A stretch of 64,000 nucleotides of DNA from Pseudomonadota bacterium (lineage in GTDB: Bacteria > Pseudomonadota > Gammaproteobacteria > Burkholderiales > Ferrovaceae), in NCBI GenBank assembly GCA_021832305.1, contig JAKBLB010000002.1, forward strand, positions 44,794 to 108,793, read 5' to 3'. The translations under genes and the position numbers were made by a program. Below are positions 1-10,641 of this stretch, one piece after another. The first letter of the stretch is position 1. Every line of letters starts with the position of its first letter. The notes under the pieces were generated by a model, which made no database searches, was not told where the DNA came from, and worked only from the letters and a program-made list of their open reading frames with translations.

Positions 1-1400
1 TCAAGGCGCCGATTCTGTGTTTGGTGGGGCCTCCGGGGGTCGGAAAAACTTCTTTGGGAAAATCCATCGCACGCGCCACCAATCGCAAATTTGTACGCAT
101 GGCGTTGGGAGGGGTGCGGGACGAAGCGGAGATCCGTGGACATCGACGGACCTATATCGGAGCCATGCCAGGGAAAATCCTGCAGAGTCTGACCAAGGTG
201 GCAGTGCGCAACCCTTTGTTTCTTCTGGATGAAGTGGACAAGATGGGGCAGGATTACCGGGGAGATCCTTCCTCGGCTTTGCTCGAGGTTCTGGATCCTG
301 AACAGAATCATACCTTTACCGATCACTATGTGGAGGTGGAGTATGACCTGTCCGATGTGATGTTCGTCGCGACGGCCAATACCCTGAACATTCCGTCTCC
401 CTTGCTGGATCGTATGGAGGTGATTCGACTGTCGGGGTATACGGAGGATGAAAAGATCAATATTGCGCGCCAATATCTCCTACCCAAACAGTTGAAGGCC
501 AATGGGTTGAAGGAAGATGAAATTTCGGTGGCAGAGGGCGCCCTGCGCCACATCGTCCAATACTACACCCGCGAGGCGGGCGTGCGGGCGCTCGATCGAG
601 AAATTGCGAAGATCTGCCGGAAAGTGGTCAAGTACCTGCTTCTGTCAAAGAAAACCGGGAAGGTGGCGGTGACTTCACGCAATCTGGAAAAATATCTGGG
701 CGTTCGTCCCTATACCTTTGGCGTGGCGGAAAAAACCAATCAGGTGGGCCAGGTGACAGGTTTGGCCTGGACCGAAGTGGGGGGGGAATTATTGACCATC
801 GAGGCGGCTCGGGTGAGTGGAAAAGGAAAAATGACCACCACCGGGAAACTGGGGGAGGTCATGCAGGAATCCATCCAGGCCGCGCTCAGCGTGGTGCGCA
901 GTCGCGCCACGCGCCTGGGCATTCCTTCCGATTTCTATGAAAAATCCGACATTCATATCCACTTGCCCGAGGGAGCGACGCCCAAGGACGGACCGAGTGC
1001 GGGGACGGCCATCACCACCGCCATGGTTTCCGTACTCACAGGCATACCGGTGCGGGCCGACGTGGCCATGACCGGTGAGATCACATTGCGTGGTGAGGTG
1101 CTGGCCATCGGCGGCCTCAAGGAAAAATTGCTGGCCGCGCATCGCGGGGGGATTCGGACCGTTTTGATTCCCCAGGAAAACTGCAAGGACCTGGTGGAAA
1201 TTCCGGACAACATCAAGGGGCGCCTGGAATTGCATCCGGTCCGTTGGATCGATCAGGTTCTGGCCCTGGCATTGGAGCGCGAACCGGTGCCTTTACCGGA
1301 GGCAGGTACAGGAGAATCTCTTCCGCCCGTTCCTGCGGCAACGACTCCCTTGAAGCCCCACGGGGAAGCGGTGGTCCCCCCTGCGGGCATCACGCATTGA
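1..1400 (+). CDS. lon: ATP-dependent protease La (Lon), 5'-truncated by window edge
   Basis: Walker [16 protein letters not shown] Walker B, catalytic PKDGPSAG motif; frame is open from the window start. Confidence 0.98.
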   Translation, partial: KAPILCLVGPPGVGKTSLGKSIARATNRKFVRMALGGVRDEAEIRGHRRTYIGAMPGKILQSLTKVAVRNPLFLLDEVDKMGQDYRGDPSSALLEVLDPEQNHTFTDHYVEVEYDLSDVMFVATANTLNIPSPLLDRMEVIRLSGYTEDEKINIARQYLLPKQLKANGLKEDEISVAEGALRHIVQYYTREAGVRALDREIAKICRKVVKYLLLSKKTGKVAVTSRNLEKYLGVRPYTFGVAEKTNQVGQVTGLAWTEVGGELLTIEAARVSGKGKMTTTGKLGEVMQESIQAALSVVRSRATRLGIPSDFYEKSDIHIHLPEGATPKDGPSAGTAITTAMVSVLTGIPVRADVAMTGEITLRGEVLAIGGLKEKLLAAHRGGIRTVLIPQENCKDLVEIPDNIKGRLELHPVRWIDQVLALALEREPVPLPEAGTGESLPPVPAATTPLKPHGEAVVPPAGITH

Positions 1401-1426
1401 ATTTGTCACAACTCACTGAAAAACGG

Positions 1427-1455
1427 TTGACAGAGGACGCATTGCCCCTTATAAA
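1427..1455 (+). promoter_or_regulatory. sigma70 promoter for hupB-tRNA unit
   Basis: TTGACA (1427-1432), 17-nt spacer, TATAAA (1450-1455). Confidence 0.75.
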
Positions 1456-1547
1456 GGGCGATGCATCCTGAACTGAAGCATCCCCCGTGCAGGATAAGAG
1501 TGAAGAGGTCTGTTGTTGTTCCTAACTAACAATAAGGGGTATTCCAG

Positions 1548-1820
1548 GTGAACAAAAGTGAACTGATCGAACAGATGGCTGATGCGGCTGATATTTCCAA
1601 AGCGGCTGCAGGGCGGGCTCTGGAAGGGGCTATCAGCGCCATTCAGTCGACGCTTAAGAAAGGAGGACAGGTTTCTCTGGTCGGGTTTGGGACGTTCCAC
1701 GTAGGGAAACGGGCGGCACGCACTGGGCGTAACCCCAGCACTGGGGAGACCATCCAGATCGAAGCCGCCAAAGTTCCCAAATTCAGGGCTGGCAAAGTGC
1801 TCAAGGATAGTGTAAACTAG
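1548..1820 (+). CDS. hupB: DNA-binding protein HU
   Basis: MNKSELI...GFGTF...RTGRNPSTG...PKFRAGK; lon-hupB synteny. Confidence 0.97.
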   Translation: MNKSELIEQMADAADISKAAAGRALEGAISAIQSTLKKGGQVSLVGFGTFHVGKRAARTGRNPSTGETIQIEAAKVPKFRAGKVLKDSVN

Positions 1821-1828
1821 CGGTCTTT

Positions 1829-1904
1829 GGGTGCTTAGCTCAGTTGGTAGAGCGTCGCCCTTACAAGGCGAATGTCGGGGGTTCGAGCCCCTCAGCACCC
1901 ACCA
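1829..1904 (+). tRNA. tRNA-Val(TAC)
   Basis: GGGTGCTTAGCTCAGTTGGTAGAGC...anticodon loop CTTACAA...GTTCGAGCCCCTCAGCACCCACCA, 76 nt. Confidence 0.97.
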
Positions 1905-1934
1905 GAACCGGGTCATTCGTCGGTCGAAAGTCAA

Positions 1935-2011
1935 GGAGTGGTAGTTCAGTTGGTTAGAATACCGGCCTGTCACGCCGGGGGTCGCGGGTTCGAGTCCCGT
2001 CCACTCCGCCA
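1935..2011 (+). tRNA. tRNA-Asp(GTC)
   Basis: GGAGTGGTAGTTCAGTTGGTTAGAATACCGGCCTGTCACGCCGG...GTTCGAGTCCCGTCCACTCCGCCA, 77 nt. Confidence 0.97.
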
Positions 2012-2018
2012 GCAAACC

Positions 2019-2053
2019 AAACGGGTCAGCAGTTTTTCTGCTGGCCCGTTTTC
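2019..2053 (+). terminator. Intrinsic terminator after tRNA-Asp, possibly bidirectional
   Basis: AAACGGGTCAGCAG-TTTTT-CTGCTGGCCCGTTTT hairpin with A/T flanks. Confidence 0.75.
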
Positions 2054-2127
2054 CATTGATATGGGAAAAGTTCGAGAATGTCTGTGGTTAAGTATCTGGT
2101 GTAACGACCCAGCGTTGATCTATTTCA

Positions 2128-2487
2128 TCAGTCATGGGCCGGACTGATTTTGGTCACGGTGTATTGGTCTTTACCCGACCGTACAAGGTCGAAATCGATT
2201 TTTTCCCCAGCGGTTACCTGACGGAGCATCTGTTTGTCCTTCACGGCAAATGTCATGGTCATGGGGGGCCATGGAATGCTGTTGATCGGGCCGTGCGAAA
2301 TCGTTACCTGACCGGCAGATGCATCCATTTTTTTTACAATCCCGGTTGCATGGTGAACCTTTCCTGTCATTTTGTCAGCCCTTGGGCCCGACATCGACAT
2401 GTCTTTCATGTTCATATCGTCAGCCAAAGCCAAATCAGTGGCAGAGAGCAAAGCCAGAGCCATTGTCGTGATGCGAAGCGTATTCAT
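2128..2487 (-). CDS. cusF: Periplasmic Cu/Ag-binding protein, CusF family
   Basis: Signal peptide, Met-rich N-terminus, ISHGPI...WPPMTMTF motif; last gene of RND operon. Confidence 0.88.
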   Translation of the reverse strand: MNTLRITTMALALLSATDLALADDMNMKDMSMSGPRADKMTGKVHHATGIVKKMDASAGQVTISHGPINSIPWPPMTMTFAVKDKQMLRQVTAGEKIDFDLVRSGKDQYTVTKISPAHD

Positions 2488-5400
2488 GGTGATCTGTTCC
2501 TTTCAGTAGTGGAGGTGTTGCGGTTGAAGAAATGCCAGTGCCTGCCGAATCTGTGGGGTTGGCGCAGTAATAAATAGCCCACTGGAATGATAAACATGGA
2601 CAGTAGTGGCGCCGTCACCATTCCGCCCAGCATGGGCGCGGCAATTCGACTCATGATCTCGGATCCTGTGCCCTGTCCCCACAAAAGAGGCATGAGACCA
2701 GCCAGAATTACAGTTACGGTCATGGCCTTGGGGCGGACCCGCAAGACGGCCCCTTCGCGAATCGCTTCCAGAAGCAATGCGCGGGTGAGCGTTTGGCCCC
2801 CGCTCAAGCGAGCATCCAGTGCCTGGCGCAGGTAGATCAGCATCACCACGCCAAATTCGGCGGAGACACCAGCCAACGCAATGAACCCCACTCCCGTGGC
2901 TACGGAGAAGTTGTAATGTAATCCATAGAGCAGCCAAATTCCTCCAGTCAAGGCAAAGGGCAATGTCAGCAGGATCAGCGCCGCCTCGTCCAACCGCTCG
3001 AATATCAGGGTGAGCAATACAAAAATGATCAGCAAGGTGATCGGGACCACAATCTTCAGTCGTGCATTGGCGCGTTCCATGTACTCGAACTGACCGGAGT
3101 AAGTCATGCTCACTCCGGAAGGCAGAGGGATCTCACGCGTCACCGCTCGGCGTAAATCCCCCACCACCGAAGCCAGATCTCGTCCCCGCACATCCACATA
3201 AACCCAACTCGCCAGACGCGCATTTTCACTTTTCAGCATGGGGGGGCCCTGGGCGTAGTTTACCTGGGCCACCGTTCCCAGGGTGATCCACTGCCCACTG
3301 GGCGTGAACAGGGGCAATTGGCGCAGAGCATGCAGCGAATCCCGGTCCGCACGGGGATAGCGCACATTGATAGGAAAACGTGCCGTTCCCTCGACAGTTT
3401 CTCCGATGGCGTCACCACCGACCAAAGTGGTCACTGCGGCTTGAATGGTATCGATGTTGAGACCATAACGCGCTGCTGCCACACGATCGATGTTCACCGT
3501 AAGGTATCGCCCCCCGGTCAGACGCTCGGCAAAGGCGGAGGTCACGCCCGGGATTGCCTGCGCCACCTTTTCCACGGCCATGGCGACGGATTCCACCGTG
3601 GCCAGATCCGGTCCTGAAACCTTCACTCCGATGGGGCTCTTGATTCCTGTGGCCAACATGTCGATGCGGTTGCGAATGGGGGGAACCCAGAAATTGGACA
3701 ATCCGGGAATACGAACCGTGCGATCAAGTTCCGCCACCAACTTCTCTGGAGTCATGCCTGGACGCCACTGGTCGCGAGGTTTGAACTGGACCGTGGTTTC
3801 AAACATTTCCAAGGGAGCGGGATCTGTCGCCGTATCGGCTCGCCCTGCCTTGCCAAAGACACGCTTCACCTCGGGCACGGTCTTGATAAGGCGGTCGGTT
3901 TGTTGAAGCAACTCGGCAGCCTTGGCAGCAGATAAGCCAGGCAGCGCAGAGGGCATATAGAGCAGGTCTCCCTCGTCAAGGGGAGGGAGAAATTCCCCCC
4001 CCAGTTGGGAGACGGGCCATATGCTCGTCAGCAGCACCACCAGTGCGATGGCCAAAGTCGCTTTGGGATGCTGCAAGGCTCTGTTCAGCAGAGGTTGGTA
4101 CAGCGCAATCAATCCGCGATTCAGGGGGTTGGCTCGTTCCTCGGGGATCCTGCCACGAATCCAGTACCCCATCAGGATGGGGATCAAGGTCACCGCCAGC
4201 CCCGCTGCCCCTGCCATGGCATAACTTTTTGTAAAGGCCAGCGGAGCAAAGAGGCGTCCTTCCTGTGCTTCCAGTGTGAACACGGGCACGAACGACAGGG
4301 TGATGATGAGCAAACTGAAAAACAGTGCGGGCCCGACCTCTACGGCTGCTTCTGTCACTACCGCCCAGTGGGCGGCACCTTCCAGAAGTAATCCTGGGTG
4401 GTGGTGCTGCCAATGTTCGATTTTTTTATGGGCATTTTCGATCATGACCACGGCGGCGTCCACCATGGCTCCTACCGCAATGGCGATTCCTCCCAAAGAC
4501 AGGATATTGCCGTTGATGCCCTGGTAGCGCATCATGACAAAAGCCGCCAACACCCCCAAGGGTAAAGAGATGATGGCGACCAGAGCGGATCGGAAATGGC
4601 GCAGAAATAATCCGCAGACCAGCGCCACTACGATAAATTCCTCGATCAGTTTATGTTCCAGGTTGGCTGTGGCACGGTCGATCAACTGACTGCGGTCATA
4701 AGTGGGGACGATCTCCACCCCGGAGGGCAGGCTTTTTTGCAGAGAGATCAATTTCTCTTTCACGGCGGTGAGGGTGTCTCGCGCATTTTTCCCTGATCGT
4801 AAAATCACCACCCCGCCCGCGACTTCCCCCTGCCCATCGAGTTCGGCTATCCCCCGGCGCATTTGTGGACCTGTTTGAACCCGCGCCACATCTCCCAAAC
4901 GCACAGAAAAACCGTCATGGGTCGTCAAAGGGATCGTCCTGAAATCTTCCAGTGTCTTGAGATAACCTGTGGCGCGCACCATGTACTCCGCCTCACCCTG
5001 CTCCACCACGCCCCCTCCGGCTTCCTGATTTCCGCCACGCAGGGCTGCCACAATCTGATCCCCTGTGATGTGGTAGGCCGCAAGTTTGGCCGGATCTGGT
5101 ACCACTTGGTACTCGCGTACCATGCCGCCGATGGAGGCTACTTCGGCCACATTCGGCAAACTTTTGAGTTCATACTTGAGAAACCAGTCCTGTAGGGCGC
5201 GCAGGTCTCCTAGATCATGCTGACCGCTGTGATCCACCAACGCATATTCATAAATCCAACCGATTCCTGTGGCATCGGGACCCATGGAGGATTTGGCCGT
5301 GACTGGCAAGCGATTTTGAATCTGGTTGAGATATTCGAGAACCCTGGAACGGGCCCAGTAAAGATCCGTCCCGTCCTCAAACAGGACATAGACAAAAGAA

Positions 5401-5669
5401 TCGCCGAAGAAAGAATAACCCCGTACGGTTTTTGCCCCAGGAACGGACAGCATGGTGGTGGTCAGGGGATAGGTGACTTGATCCTCCACAATCTGGGGGG
5501 CTTGCCCCGGAAATGAGGTACGGATGATTACCTGAACATCGGAGAGATCCGGCAAGGCGTCCACAGGATTGGTGCGGACTGCCCATAGTCCTCCCAACAG
5601 TAGCAGCAAAGTAGCCAGCAAAACCAAAAAGCGATGGCTGATCGACCAGCGGATGAGCCGGGCGATCAT
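2484..5669 (-). CDS. cusA: Heavy-metal efflux RND permease, CusA/CzcA family
   Basis: [28 protein letters not shown] motifs; start set at the ATG overlapping the cusB stop. Confidence 0.95.
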   Translation of the reverse strand: MIARLIRWSISHRFLVLLATLLLLLGGLWAVRTNPVDALPDLSDVQVIIRTSFPGQAPQIVEDQVTYPLTTTMLSVPGAKTVRGYSFFGDSFVYVLFEDGTDLYWARSRVLEYLNQIQNRLPVTAKSSMGPDATGIGWIYEYALVDHSGQHDLGDLRALQDWFLKYELKSLPNVAEVASIGGMVREYQVVPDPAKLAAYHITGDQIVAALRGGNQEAGGGVVEQGEAEYMVRATGYLKTLEDFRTIPLTTHDGFSVRLGDVARVQTGPQMRRGIAELDGQGEVAGGVVILRSGKNARDTLTAVKEKLISLQKSLPSGVEIVPTYDRSQLIDRATANLEHKLIEEFIVVALVCGLFLRHFRSALVAIISLPLGVLAAFVMMRYQGINGNILSLGGIAIAVGAMVDAAVVMIENAHKKIEHWQHHHPGLLLEGAAHWAVVTEAAVEVGPALFFSLLIITLSFVPVFTLEAQEGRLFAPLAFTKSYAMAGAAGLAVTLIPILMGYWIRGRIPEERANPLNRGLIALYQPLLNRALQHPKATLAIALVVLLTSIWPVSQLGGEFLPPLDEGDLLYMPSALPGLSAAKAAELLQQTDRLIKTVPEVKRVFGKAGRADTATDPAPLEMFETTVQFKPRDQWRPGMTPEKLVAELDRTVRIPGLSNFWVPPIRNRIDMLATGIKSPIGVKVSGPDLATVESVAMAVEKVAQAIPGVTSAFAERLTGGRYLTVNIDRVAAARYGLNIDTIQAAVTTLVGGDAIGETVEGTARFPINVRYPRADRDSLHALRQLPLFTPSGQWITLGTVAQVNYAQGPPMLKSENARLASWVYVDVRGRDLASVVGDLRRAVTREIPLPSGVSMTYSGQFEYMERANARLKIVVPITLLIIFVLLTLIFERLDEAALILLTLPFALTGGIWLLYGLHYNFSVATGVGFIALAGVSAEFGVVMLIYLRQALDARLSGGQTLTRALLLEAIREGAVLRVRPKAMTVTVILAGLMPLLWGQGTGSEIMSRIAAPMLGGMVTAPLLSMFIIPVGYLLLRQPHRFGRHWHFFNRNTSTTERNRSP

Positions 5670-6922
5670 TGTGGCGTCCCCGTTTTTTCCATGCGCGTCC
5701 ATACGCCCTTGAGGCTGGCTTCTGAATCGATCAGGAATTGTCCGGAAGTCACTATTTTTTGACCCTCCTGCAATCCAGAGAGGATTTCGGTTTTACCCTT
5801 GCCCTCCCGTCCCGGCACCACTTCCACAGGCAAAAAATGTCCTTCCTTCCCCATCGTGATGACCACATAGCGTTTCCCCGTGACGATGACTGCTTCTGCA
5901 GGTACCATGAGGACGTGGCTTTGGGTATGCTGTTCGATCCGAACCTTGGCGTACATCCCGGGGCGTAATAGCCTCCCCGGATTGGTCCATTCGATCCGCA
6001 ACCGTAGTGTTCGGGTATCCACATTCAAAACAGGCAGTACGGTTATGATTCTTCCAGTGAAGGTCTGTCCCGGTAGTCCTGTGAAGGTTGCTGATACCGA
6101 TTGCCCCACTGCGATTCCCTGCCCCAGTGCTTCCGGGATTTCTGTATCCATCCAGATCGTGCCCAGACCATTGATGCGCGCCAGTGTTTGACCGGGAGTG
6201 ACCGTCATTCCTGCGCGTACCCCCAACTCGCTCAAGACGCCTCCCTGTGGGGCCGTTACCGTCACCACAGCCTGGGGCGCATCGCTGTGATCCAGGAGGG
6301 TAACCTGTTCTTCAGTCATCCCCAATTGCTTCAAACGGTTTCGTGCCGCAGCGGTCAAATCAGGTTCATTGGCCTTTCGCAGGGCAATAAACTCCATCTG
6401 TGCGCCATACCATTCGGGAATACGCAAATCTGCCAAGGGCGCACCTGCGCCAATTACATCGTTGGGCGCAAGGGCATAGACCCGTTCCACCAACCCCGCA
6501 GAACGAGCTTGTATGATCGTTACCTGGCGTTCATCAAAAGTCAGCGTGCCTTCTGCTTCAACCGTAAGGTCCAGAGGACCTCGCTCCACCAGGGCCAGTT
6601 TAACCCCCGTATTTTGAAGTAGACGGGGATCGATCCTCACGCCTTCATCGATTTCCTTTGGATTCTCAGTGGCTACCATGGGGACGAGGTCCATGTCCAT
6701 GAAGGGCGATTTGCCCGGCTTGTCAAAGTGCTGGTCTGGTTTCATGGGGTCATACCAGTACACGATTCGCTGTCCCGTTTGATTGGGCTGGGTTTGGGCT
6801 GAAGGAATTTCCATCGGTGGGCGGTTGGAAGTACGCTGTCCCAGTCTGTACCCTGCGAGACCGCCCATCGTCATCAATCCCGCGATGGCTGCGATGAGTG
6901 CCCATACGCTTTTTCGATTCAT
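5666..6922 (-). CDS. cusB: RND membrane fusion protein, CusB family
   Basis: [27 protein letters not shown] heavy-metal motif; MFP-like body. Confidence 0.93.
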   Translation of the reverse strand: MNRKSVWALIAAIAGLMTMGGLAGYRLGQRTSNRPPMEIPSAQTQPNQTGQRIVYWYDPMKPDQHFDKPGKSPFMDMDLVPMVATENPKEIDEGVRIDPRLLQNTGVKLALVERGPLDLTVEAEGTLTFDERQVTIIQARSAGLVERVYALAPNDVIGAGAPLADLRIPEWYGAQMEFIALRKANEPDLTAAARNRLKQLGMTEEQVTLLDHSDAPQAVVTVTAPQGGVLSELGVRAGMTVTPGQTLARINGLGTIWMDTEIPEALGQGIAVGQSVSATFTGLPGQTFTGRIITVLPVLNVDTRTLRLRIEWTNPGRLLRPGMYAKVRIEQHTQSHVLMVPAEAVIVTGKRYVVITMGKEGHFLPVEVVPGREGKGKTEILSGLQEGQKIVTSGQFLIDSEASLKGVWTRMEKTGTPQ

Positions 6923-8199
6923 GGTTGCACCTCTTCGGACAGATAGCGTAAGACAGTTTCCGCGTTGCCCCGCCGCTCTTCCAGATCAACTCGTTTCATT
7001 TTGATGTCCAGTATCGAACGGCGGGAGTCGAGTACGGCTGTCAACGAACCTTTGCCGGAACGATAGGCGGCCATTGCCAAGCGAAACTTTTCCTGAGAAA
7101 GGGGGAGCCATTCCTGATCGACGCGCTCAATCTGATGCGACAGAGAAGTTTGCTCGGCCAGTTGGGTTTCCAGTTCCATGGTATGTTGGCGCAACATGGT
7201 TTCCCTTTCCTCGGCGACCTGTTCCAATTCCTGTCGCTGGGCCGCGATCTGGGGGTTTTGTCGGGTTCGAGCAAATATGGGCAAATCGATGGTGAACTGA
7301 ACGTTTACCATGTCACCAAAGGGGGGACCTAGGTGCTCATAGTCCAATTCCACGCCCCAATCCGGTCGTTTGGCGGCTTCCGCCAGGTCCACAGCCGCCT
7401 GGGCTGAAGCCTTCTGAGCCTCAAATACGGCAATATCCGGATGTTTATCCAGCGTATGGTGCAAATACTCCGTAGGCTCCAACTTGGCAGGAGGGCCGCC
7501 CGTCAAGGGTTGGTCGGCCACCACTCCGATCCATCGGGACAACTCGACGCGGGCAGTGGCAATGTCGCGTACCAGTTCATCCTTGCGGTCAGCCAGGGTA
7601 GCCGCTTCGCTTCGGGCTTGCAGGCTTTCCTCGGCGGTGCTCTGGGCGGCTGCCAATCGTGCAGTCGAAGCCAATGATTGGAGATGATTTTCTGCTTCCA
7701 ATTGGTCCAGCACCTTATACCGTTGCTCTGCGTAATAGACCTTTAGCCAGGCTAAGAGCGTTTGGCGCCGGATCGTCAAGCGTTCCACTTCCAACTCCAG
7801 GTCAGCACGGCTTACATTGGCCTGAGCCATGTGACGGGCCGCTTCCCGCTTTCCTCCGTTGGTCATTTCCTGCCGCACACCGATCACCTCCATGGTCAGG
7901 AAGTTCTGGCCTGTACTCCAGGCCTGCTCGCCTTGCACGGGCATGTTATTTATTCCTGTGACCAGTTTCGGGTCAGGTAACTCCCCGGCTGAGATCTGTC
8001 GTTGTTGTGCGGCCGCCAACGAATTTTGACGGGCTTTGAGTTCCGAGGCGTGGATTTCCGCCTGATCGATGGCCTCTTGATAACTCAGGGCATGACAGGA
8101 TGCGCTCCAGGCAAGAAGGGACAATGAGGATACAACATGCCTCAACAGAAAATGTTTTGACTTGAACAAGGGTGAACTCCTCCAGAATAATGCAAGCAC
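6919..8199 (-). CDS. cusC: TolC-family outer membrane factor, CusC-like (start uncertain)
   Basis: GELPDPKL, PDWGVELDY, helical OMF repeats; first structural gene of cusCBAF. Confidence 0.85.
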   Translation of the reverse strand: MLALFWRSSPLFKSKHFLLRHVVSSLSLLAWSASCHALSYQEAIDQAEIHASELKARQNSLAAAQQRQISAGELPDPKLVTGINNMPVQGEQAWSTGQNFLTMEVIGVRQEMTNGGKREAARHMAQANVSRADLELEVERLTIRRQTLLAWLKVYYAEQRYKVLDQLEAENHLQSLASTARLAAAQSTAEESLQARSEAATLADRKDELVRDIATARVELSRWIGVVADQPLTGGPPAKLEPTEYLHHTLDKHPDIAVFEAQKASAQAAVDLAEAAKRPDWGVELDYEHLGPPFGDMVNVQFTIDLPIFARTRQNPQIAAQRQELEQVAEERETMLRQHTMELETQLAEQTSLSHQIERVDQEWLPLSQEKFRLAMAAYRSGKGSLTAVLDSRRSILDIKMKRVDLEERRGNAETVLRYLSEEVQP

Positions 8200-8245
8200 C
8201 AGTTTCGTGGCGCTCCACGAAACTGCTCGTCATCAGGAAGAAAAA

Positions 8246-8656
8246 CTAGATACGGAAGACTTGATGCTGAATGCGGAGGGGAGGGGGTGAGATGATCAGA
8301 AAACGAAGAGAACGATGAAGATAGGACGTTCGTTGTGGAACCCTCTGCATGTCCGTGTGCACTACTCCCAGAAAAATCTGGGGCACTGCACAGGATGAGT
8401 CGGGAACCGATGTCTGGTGGGACTGGGATGATTGTTTACAGTGGTCAAGGCAGAGCAGGGGGGACATATCCTTGCGAGGCTGACTCATCTGGCTCATTTG
8501 TGCACAATCCGGAGGCATGGATGACACGGACATCGGTGCTGGGGGCTGGACCATGACCTCTTGTGGGCAGGCATGGGCCGCCAGCATGAACTGACTGAAG
8601 ATCAGCATCAGCAGGGCGATCCAGGAGATTCTGCGGTGGTTGCCATTTTTTCGCAT
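8246..8656 (-). CDS. Small exported Cys/His/Met-rich protein (DUF2946-like) upstream of cus operon
   Basis: Signal-like segment, AHACP, LCLDHC motifs, C-terminal PPPLR; start chosen at MRKNGN. Confidence 0.6.
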   Translation of the reverse strand: MRKNGNHRRISWIALLMLIFSQFMLAAHACPQEVMVQPPAPMSVSSMPPDCAQMSQMSQPRKDMSPLLCLDHCKQSSQSHQTSVPDSSCAVPQIFLGVVHTDMQRVPQRTSYLHRSLRFLIISPPPLRIQHQVFRI

Positions 8657-8667
8657 GAGGGAGATGG

Positions 8668-8679
8668 TACCACGTGGTA
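8668..8679. promoter_or_regulatory. Perfect palindrome TACCACGTGGTA, candidate operator for cus operon
   Basis: 12-bp dyad between putative minus-strand -35 TTGCTC and -10 TACCAT (18-nt spacer). Confidence 0.4.
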
Positions 8680-8786
8680 TGTTGCGAGAGCAAGGTTCAT
8701 GTAGAAACACTGTAACCTTATGTGTCTGGCTAGTCGTTGCGCTTCGTGTGTACAATGAGCGGGCGCAAACACTTGGGAGATCCGTG

Positions 8787-9542
8787 ATGAACGAGAAAAT
8801 CGTTGCCGTGTGCGTGTTCAGTGCCCTGGTCATCCTGTCCGGTTGTTCGAGCACCGATAGCATGAAAGAAACCGCGGCCGATGAGGCCGCTGCCGTGAAA
8901 ATCCATACGCAGGCTGCCGCAGATCAGCGGGCGGCCGAACAGAAGCGCCTTGAAACCAATATTTCCAAGATTCCAGAGTGGGCGATAAAGGCCCCGCCCC
9001 CTGACGATGACGGGGTTTATGCCGTGGGTATCGGCGAGGCCGACAAGATACGTCTGGCCATCCGCAAAGCCATGCTGGATGGCGAATACGGATTGGCGAA
9101 GAACTACAACCAACTTCTCTCGGGTTCGGAGCGACAGTATTCGCAGAACGACAGCGGCAACTATAGCCAGTCGCAATACACACAACTGATCGACAGCCTG
9201 GTCGGCCAGGTACCCATTGTGGGCTTCGAAGTCGTCCATCAAAATGTACGTCCGGTCGATGGGGCGTATACGGCGTATGTTCTACTGAAACTGCCTTACA
9301 ATCAGGTGAATCGCGTCCTTCAGGAACGCGGGGCCAGCGCATCGAGCGGGGATATCAAGCACGCTTTCGATGAACTGTCCGGTCGACTGGATAAATTGCA
9401 AAAACAGAATGCGCAACAGGCTACTCAACCCGCTCAGGGACTCTCTTCGGGAATTCCCTTCACTACTACAACCGTGATCGAGTCGCCGGGCCCGAATACC
9501 CCGTTGCCTCCTCCTCCAAACGCCGATCATGCGGGTAACTAA
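8787..9542 (+). CDS. LPP20-family-like lipoprotein
   Basis: Lipobox LSGC; PEWA...VYAVGIG...AIRKAMLDG...LAK pattern; Pro-rich tail. Confidence 0.7.
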   Translation: MNEKIVAVCVFSALVILSGCSSTDSMKETAADEAAAVKIHTQAAADQRAAEQKRLETNISKIPEWAIKAPPPDDDGVYAVGIGEADKIRLAIRKAMLDGEYGLAKNYNQLLSGSERQYSQNDSGNYSQSQYTQLIDSLVGQVPIVGFEVVHQNVRPVDGAYTAYVLLKLPYNQVNRVLQERGASASSGDIKHAFDELSGRLDKLQKQNAQQATQPAQGLSSGIPFTTTTVIESPGPNTPLPPPPNADHAGN

Positions 9543-9879
9543 CCTGTTGATCGCGCTCCTCGGGGGAGTCGCCCTGAGCGCGCAAGCCGGGTGGGAGTCG
9601 GCAACCCAGGGGGTCCTGTTCTCCGGGCGCATGGCTTTTCCGGGTTGCGCCCCGGCGCGTTATCCGGACGCGCGCCAGCGCGCGATCATCGATGCACGGC
9701 GCAATATGGCCCGGGCCAGGGGCCTCTCGGTGGGCGGGCGCGAACGGGTCAGCGGCGAGACCTACACCCGTACCATCCACGAAGTTGCAGAAGGGGATGT
9801 GCCCCCCGTGGAGATACTGGAAGAAAAAACCATGACCGGGCAGGAAGGGAGCCTGTATTGCGTGCTGCTGGGGAAATGA
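9529..9879 (+). CDS. Exported hypothetical protein, LPP20/FlgT-N-like
   Basis: Signal peptide (ALSAQA), ARQRAIIDARRNMAR helix; overlaps upstream stop. Confidence 0.55.
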   Translation: MRVTNLLIALLGGVALSAQAGWESATQGVLFSGRMAFPGCAPARYPDARQRAIIDARRNMARARGLSVGGRERVSGETYTRTIHEVAEGDVPPVEILEEKTMTGQEGSLYCVLLGK

Positions 9880-9882
9880 ATT

Positions 9883-10455
9883 TTGATCGCCCCTCTGAGA
9901 TTCGGAGCAACGGGGGCAGCGGTTCTGCTCTCCCTGTGCGCATTTCCTGCGGATGCGGGAACCTGGACCCGCAATTATACCGTGCAGTACGACATGGGTG
10001 AGACAGACAGTCGCCGCATGGCCCGGCAAAATATCATGGATGAGATTCGTGCCCGGGCGCTACGCGAAGTCGGTGCGTACATCGAAACCCGGACCACTCT
10101 CAAGAACGACGATCTTCAGGAGGAAACCAAGGTCATTACGGCGTCCATGGTCCAAATAGTCGAAACCAGCGAGCATTTCTCGTTGCTGAAAGACGGGCAC
10201 GAGCAACTGTCCGTGACCGCGCGGGTCACCGTTGACGAGAGTGAACTCAAAGCCCGGATCATGGCCGCGCAGCATGACCGGGCCGAAAAACAGGTGCTCC
10301 AGGACCAACTGACGGCACAGGAACGCGAAAATGCCGTCCTGGAAGCGCAATTGGGTCGGTCGAGGGCCTCCTCGATGAATATTCCGCCGCCCCCGCCGGG
10401 TTGGTGGTCTGGAGAGAGCCGTCAAAAATCGAATGCCCCCCCGCCGCCGCCTTAA
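9883..10455 (+). CDS. Exported hypothetical protein, LPP20/FlgT-N-like with coiled coil and poly-Pro tail
   Basis: Signal peptide (FPADA), ARQNIMDEIRARALREVGAYIET pattern; TTG start 3 nt after previous stop. Confidence 0.6.
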   Translation: MIAPLRFGATGAAVLLSLCAFPADAGTWTRNYTVQYDMGETDSRRMARQNIMDEIRARALREVGAYIETRTTLKNDDLQEETKVITASMVQIVETSEHFSLLKDGHEQLSVTARVTVDESELKARIMAAQHDRAEKQVLQDQLTAQERENAVLEAQLGRSRASSMNIPPPPPGWWSGESRQKSNAPPPPP

Positions 10456-10497
10456 TTTTCGACCAAACCTCATGCCGGGATGGGGAGAGGGGGTGTG

Positions 10498-10526
10498 TTG
10501 TCTTTGGACCATGAAACGGCTATAAT
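10498..10526 (+). promoter_or_regulatory. sigma70 promoter upstream of tRNA remnant/ppiD
   Basis: TTGTCT, 17-nt spacer, TATAAT. Confidence 0.7.
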
Positions 10527-10551
10527 CGCCAGAATTCAATGAGTTTTGGAG

Positions 10552-10601
10552 TCGGCCTATCACGTTGGAGAGTGCGGGCTCGGGTCTCATGCGCTCTGCC
10601 A
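10552..10601 (+). pseudogene. Decayed copy of tRNA-Asp 3' portion (anticodon arm to CCA)
   Basis: 35/50 gapless identity to 1962-2011; 13 of 15 mismatches are transitions; ends in GCCA. Confidence 0.75.
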
Positions 10602-10611
10602 AAACAACAAA

Positions 10612-10641
10612 GGCCGTTGAGAAATCAACGGTTTTTTGTTT
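10612..10641 (+). terminator. Intrinsic terminator between tRNA remnant and ppiD
   Basis: GGCCGTTGA-GAAA-TCAACGGTT followed by TTTTGTTT. Confidence 0.7.

Larger units (their letters stand above)
2012..10601. mobile_element. Putative degraded genomic islet at tRNA-Asp (Cus efflux + LPP20-like cluster), no integrase
   Basis: Accessory genes interrupt hupB-tRNA-ppiD; right edge carries a 35/50-nt gapless match to the tRNA-Asp 3' portion. Confidence 0.5.

Noticed and set aside
10525-10551. Extension of the tRNA relic to a full-length pseudo-tRNA
   Set aside because: Only a short D-arm-like match (9/13); the acceptor 5' strand is unrecognisable and overlaps the -10 box, so only 10552-10601 is claimed.
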